Part shown: positions 61,417 to 64,000 of the stretch, piece by piece
Layout: every line of letters starts with the position of its first letter
How positions within the stretch are numbered: the first letter of the stretch is position 1
From: a virus
Length of the DNA: 64,000 nucleotides
Direction: 5' to 3' (one strand)
IMG/VR virus record: IMGVR_UViG_3300011113_000621
Span: 35,754-99,753 of that record
The notes under the pieces: model-generated
Database searches by the model: none
Seen by the model: only the letters and a program-made list of their open reading frames with translations
What the model was told of the DNA's origin: nothing
Translations under genes and position numbers: made by a program

Positions 61417-63452
61417 TACTGATTATCCTTAATTAGTTTAATCTCACATGAGTCCGTTGTGCAATACGCCTCGCCGATTGCGTCCGCTGCCATTCCTGCG
61501 TAGACTCCTGAGAAGTCAATTGGAAACAACTTCATGGTTGCATCATCATATTCATCTGAGGTGATTTGAGTATATGGCATTTGCGGATACGTGAAGTTAC
61601 CCTGCGGCAAAAACGAAACTGTCTTCAATTGACCATCATACATATGTAGGACGGTTCCAATATGCTCTGCCTCCTTTTCGGAGTCAAATGATACGGTTAC
61701 GGATACAGAGTTATCAGACCAATAACGTTGCGCGGTTGCAGCAAGCGACATCTTCTCAAAGATTGATACGTCCTTCTCTGAGCGCTTTGCCCCTGACTTA
61801 ATTGGAAAGAAGACAACCGAGGTTGTATCTGGAGATTCACTCGCAGGCTCAACTCGATAATTTGCCATCTTAAATAATGGAAGCATTGGGTCAGAGTTTG
61901 CAAATCTAATTGCTCTATCAAAGTACTCGCCACCAACTGTCCAGTGTACTCCTGGCGACTCACCTGCAAGAATTGAAACTGTTCCTGATGGCTTAACGGT
62001 CGTCATCTTAATTGACTCACGAATACCTAGCCACTCTGAGTAGACGTTGTCGTGTCCCTTTACAACCTTATATCCTTCGTCCATCCACTCACGTAAAACA
62101 GGTAATCCCTTAGTGTCTGCAAAGTTTGCAACACCTGAGATTGAAGTTCCAATGCGGCGATTACGTTGCATAATCGCGTTTGTCTCCTCCCAGTGCGTCG
62201 GAAGAAGTGTTACGCTTTTTGCATATAGATAAGCAAACTTAAGCGTTCTTTTAAAGTCGTCTAAGTCATCATGACGATTTAGATATGTCTCAACGAGAGT
62301 ACAGCACTCATAGCTTTCTAAACTTTGCTCAGCACACGGATTATACCCAGCCACTCTCCAGTCCTTATTATTTGCTGGATCAGCTAAGCGACCATACTTA
62401 CGAGATACATCTAGCCAAATTACTCCAGGTTCTCCATTACGCGCAATACCTTGAACTATTGCGGATAGGTCTTTTCCAACCTCGGTTTCAACAGAGTTAT
62501 TTGACATCCAACCCCAGCCAGGAGCAGCTGGATCATATGAGTTACGCTCTGGATACCTTTCAGAGTTTTTAAGATTTAGGAAGTTATCGTCTTCTATGCG
62601 CCCGATAAGAAGCTCAGCAGAGCGCCGAACGTTGCCGCTAACAACACAAACACCAATGAGATTACCAATATCAGCGATGTCAACACGCGTAAGTTTTTCA
62701 CCAGCACGATCCTTAAATAGTTTGTGTATGTAGTTGTGTAATTTTTCTAACGGCTCTGACCCCGCCGCTGTACCACCGAATGTTTTGATGGGCGCACCCG
62801 CTGGGCGGATTTCTTTGTAGTCAAATACTGGAGCTTTCGTATCTGCTCGTAGGTAGGAATTGATGAGGGCGGCAACTGATTCGACCCACCCTTCTCTGGT
62901 GTCTGGGATGACATAAGTATCTCCTTGCGTAGGTGCGTATATTGTAAACTCTTTGTCTGCACCCTTATCGTCGAATCCTACACCAACGCCAAGCATTGAT
63001 GCCTCCATTAAAAACGCAAATGGACGAGATGGATTTTGCTTTGTCATCTCCATTGTTGAGACAAATGCGCAGTTTTGTAACGCGGCTGAGTTTTTATGTT
63101 GATTTACTAAAGGCGTTCCCATTACCCATAACCCACGTCCAGGTGGAGTCCACTTTAAGTTAAATAGTCTATCAAATGCTTCCTTAGCGGACGCCTGAGC
63201 CTTTGCGTCATTCCAAGGTAAACGTTGACTCTTGCAGTGATCCTTTTGAATTGAGTACATGCCATTGATGACTCGCTCGCAAACGTCACTCCAAGTTTCC
63301 TTGGTTCCGTCTTCCTTTAAGCGTGAGTATGTGCGTAAGAAGGTAATTTCACCTACAGAGTTACCTGCAGCGTCCGTATATCCAAACGGAGCTTTCTTAC
63401 CTTTGTATCCTGCTACAAAGTCCTCATTTAACTTAAAAGACAGAAAACTCAC
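61416..63452 (-). CDS. nrdJ: Class II (adenosylcobalamin-dependent) ribonucleotide reductase
   Basis: RTYSR, PPGRGLW, NCAF, VVSGNVRRSAE, NPCAEQSL...CTLVE, TTVKPSGTVS, C-terminal CTTDSC. Confidence 0.95.
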   Translation of the reverse strand: MSFLSFKLNEDFVAGYKGKKAPFGYTDAAGNSVGEITFLRTYSRLKEDGTKETWSDVCERVINGMYSIQKDHCKSQRLPWNDAKAQASAKEAFDRLFNLKWTPPGRGLWVMGTPLVNQHKNSAALQNCAFVSTMEMTKQNPSRPFAFLMEASMLGVGVGFDDKGADKEFTIYAPTQGDTYVIPDTREGWVESVAALINSYLRADTKAPVFDYKEIRPAGAPIKTFGGTAAGSEPLEKLHNYIHKLFKDRAGEKLTRVDIADIGNLIGVCVVSGNVRRSAELLIGRIEDDNFLNLKNSERYPERNSYDPAAPGWGWMSNNSVETEVGKDLSAIVQGIARNGEPGVIWLDVSRKYGRLADPANNKDWRVAGYNPCAEQSLESYECCTLVETYLNRHDDLDDFKRTLKFAYLYAKSVTLLPTHWEETNAIMQRNRRIGTSISGVANFADTKGLPVLREWMDEGYKVVKGHDNVYSEWLGIRESIKMTTVKPSGTVSILAGESPGVHWTVGGEYFDRAIRFANSDPMLPLFKMANYRVEPASESPDTTSVVFFPIKSGAKRSEKDVSIFEKMSLAATAQRYWSDNSVSVTVSFDSEKEAEHIGTVLHMYDGQLKTVSFLPQGNFTYPQMPYTQITSDEYDDATMKLFPIDFSGVYAGMAADAIGEAYCTTDSCEIKLIKDNQ

Positions 63453-63540
63453 GTAAGGCTCCCTACTTATATAATTAGTTTCTAATTAGAAATGCTGGTC
63501 AAATTATACTGATTTGTTGATTTATATAGCAATGAATCAC

Positions 63541-63768
63541 TTACTCGAACAGTAACTTAAATAACTCTTTACAGGTAGGGCAAATTGGAAACTTCTCCGG
63601 ATCGCGGTGAGGAACCCATACTTTGCCACACAAGGCCTTTACGGGCGTTCCTTCAATAAGTGCTTTAGTCATTTCGACCTTGTCTACATAATGAGCAAAT
63701 CGGTCGTGGTCTCCCGATCCTTGACTTGTATTGACCTCAGAATCTACCTCAACAATTACATCGCTCAT
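63541..63768 (-). CDS. DUF3039 domain protein
   Basis: GDHDRFAHYV...GTPVKALCGKVWVP.RDP.KFPICPTCKE; leaderless ATG 7 nt after TATAAT. Confidence 0.88.
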   Translation of the reverse strand: MSDVIVEVDSEVNTSQGSGDHDRFAHYVDKVEMTKALIEGTPVKALCGKVWVPHRDPEKFPICPTCKELFKLLFE

Positions 63769-63822
63769 GACGCTAATTATAATAACTTCCCTATATATTG
63801 TCACCCTACTTAAGGAGAGGCC

Positions 63823-64000
63823 ATGGCACTACACAACCACATTCTTATCAACGGACGCGTTAATTACCCACCCCAGGACATTGATCAAGCTATCCAATGG
63901 TTGCGTGATCTCGTTGATGCCATTGATATGAAAATTGTCCAAGGTCCCTTTGCCTCATACGTTGACAAGGAGGGTAATCGCGGTCTCACCGCTGCGGTGA
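63823..64000 (+). CDS. speD: S-adenosylmethionine decarboxylase proenzyme-like (partial)
   Basis: MALHNHILING...WLRDLVDAIDMKIVQGPFASYVDKEGNRGLTAAV; AAGGAG RBS; truncated before the expected SH cleavage motif. Confidence 0.7.
   Translation, partial: MALHNHILINGRVNYPPQDIDQAIQWLRDLVDAIDMKIVQGPFASYVDKEGNRGLTAAV

Noticed and set aside
1-64000. Alternative genetic code or stop-codon reassignment
   Set aside because: Long genes are intact under code 11, all three stops are used, and the only tRNA is a normal Gly-GCC.

Overview
This is a 64-kb segment of a large tailed dsDNA phage. The host is most likely an Actinomycetota member (inferred from two WhiB genes, DUF3039, DUF1360-like and FmdB-like genes and many leaderless starts); a freshwater host is plausible but unproven. 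No integrase, CRISPR array or rRNA was seen. Layout: (1) 1-23.7 kb, minus strand: virion module with terminase, portal, two Cys-rich head accessory proteins, a 2498-aa multidomain protein (HTH, GNAT-like and kinase-like domains), a 1584-aa protease-containing protein, major capsid, second capsid protein, major tail and adaptor. (2) 24-45 kb: an early/accessory region built from about 25 copies of a promoter motif (CCTGATATAATAGTAC) and about 17 copies of a start-associated leader (AACGACGAAAGGAC). It carries many small ORFs, a deacetylase plus phosphatase operon, an HslV-like protease, tRNA-Gly, a subtilase, a MoxR AAA+/VWA pair split by a homing endonuclease, and several ORF-less structured RNA units. 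(3) 45-49 kb: CHAP-like protein, TerS-like protein, holin and glycosyltransferase. (4) An AT-rich, repeat-rich strand-switch region at 49.1-49.5 kb (candidate origin). (5) 49.9-59 kb, plus strand: Gly-rich gene pairs and a 1472-aa PA14/FN3 surface protein. (6) 59-64 kb: WhiB x2, class II ribonucleotide reductase and a partial SAM decarboxylase. The most unusual signal is that hairpin loops just downstream of the VWA and AAA+ genes are antisense to the leader/RBS motif of their own transcription units, in one case matching a gene-specific variant. All family assignments come from motif recognition by eye, not database searches.
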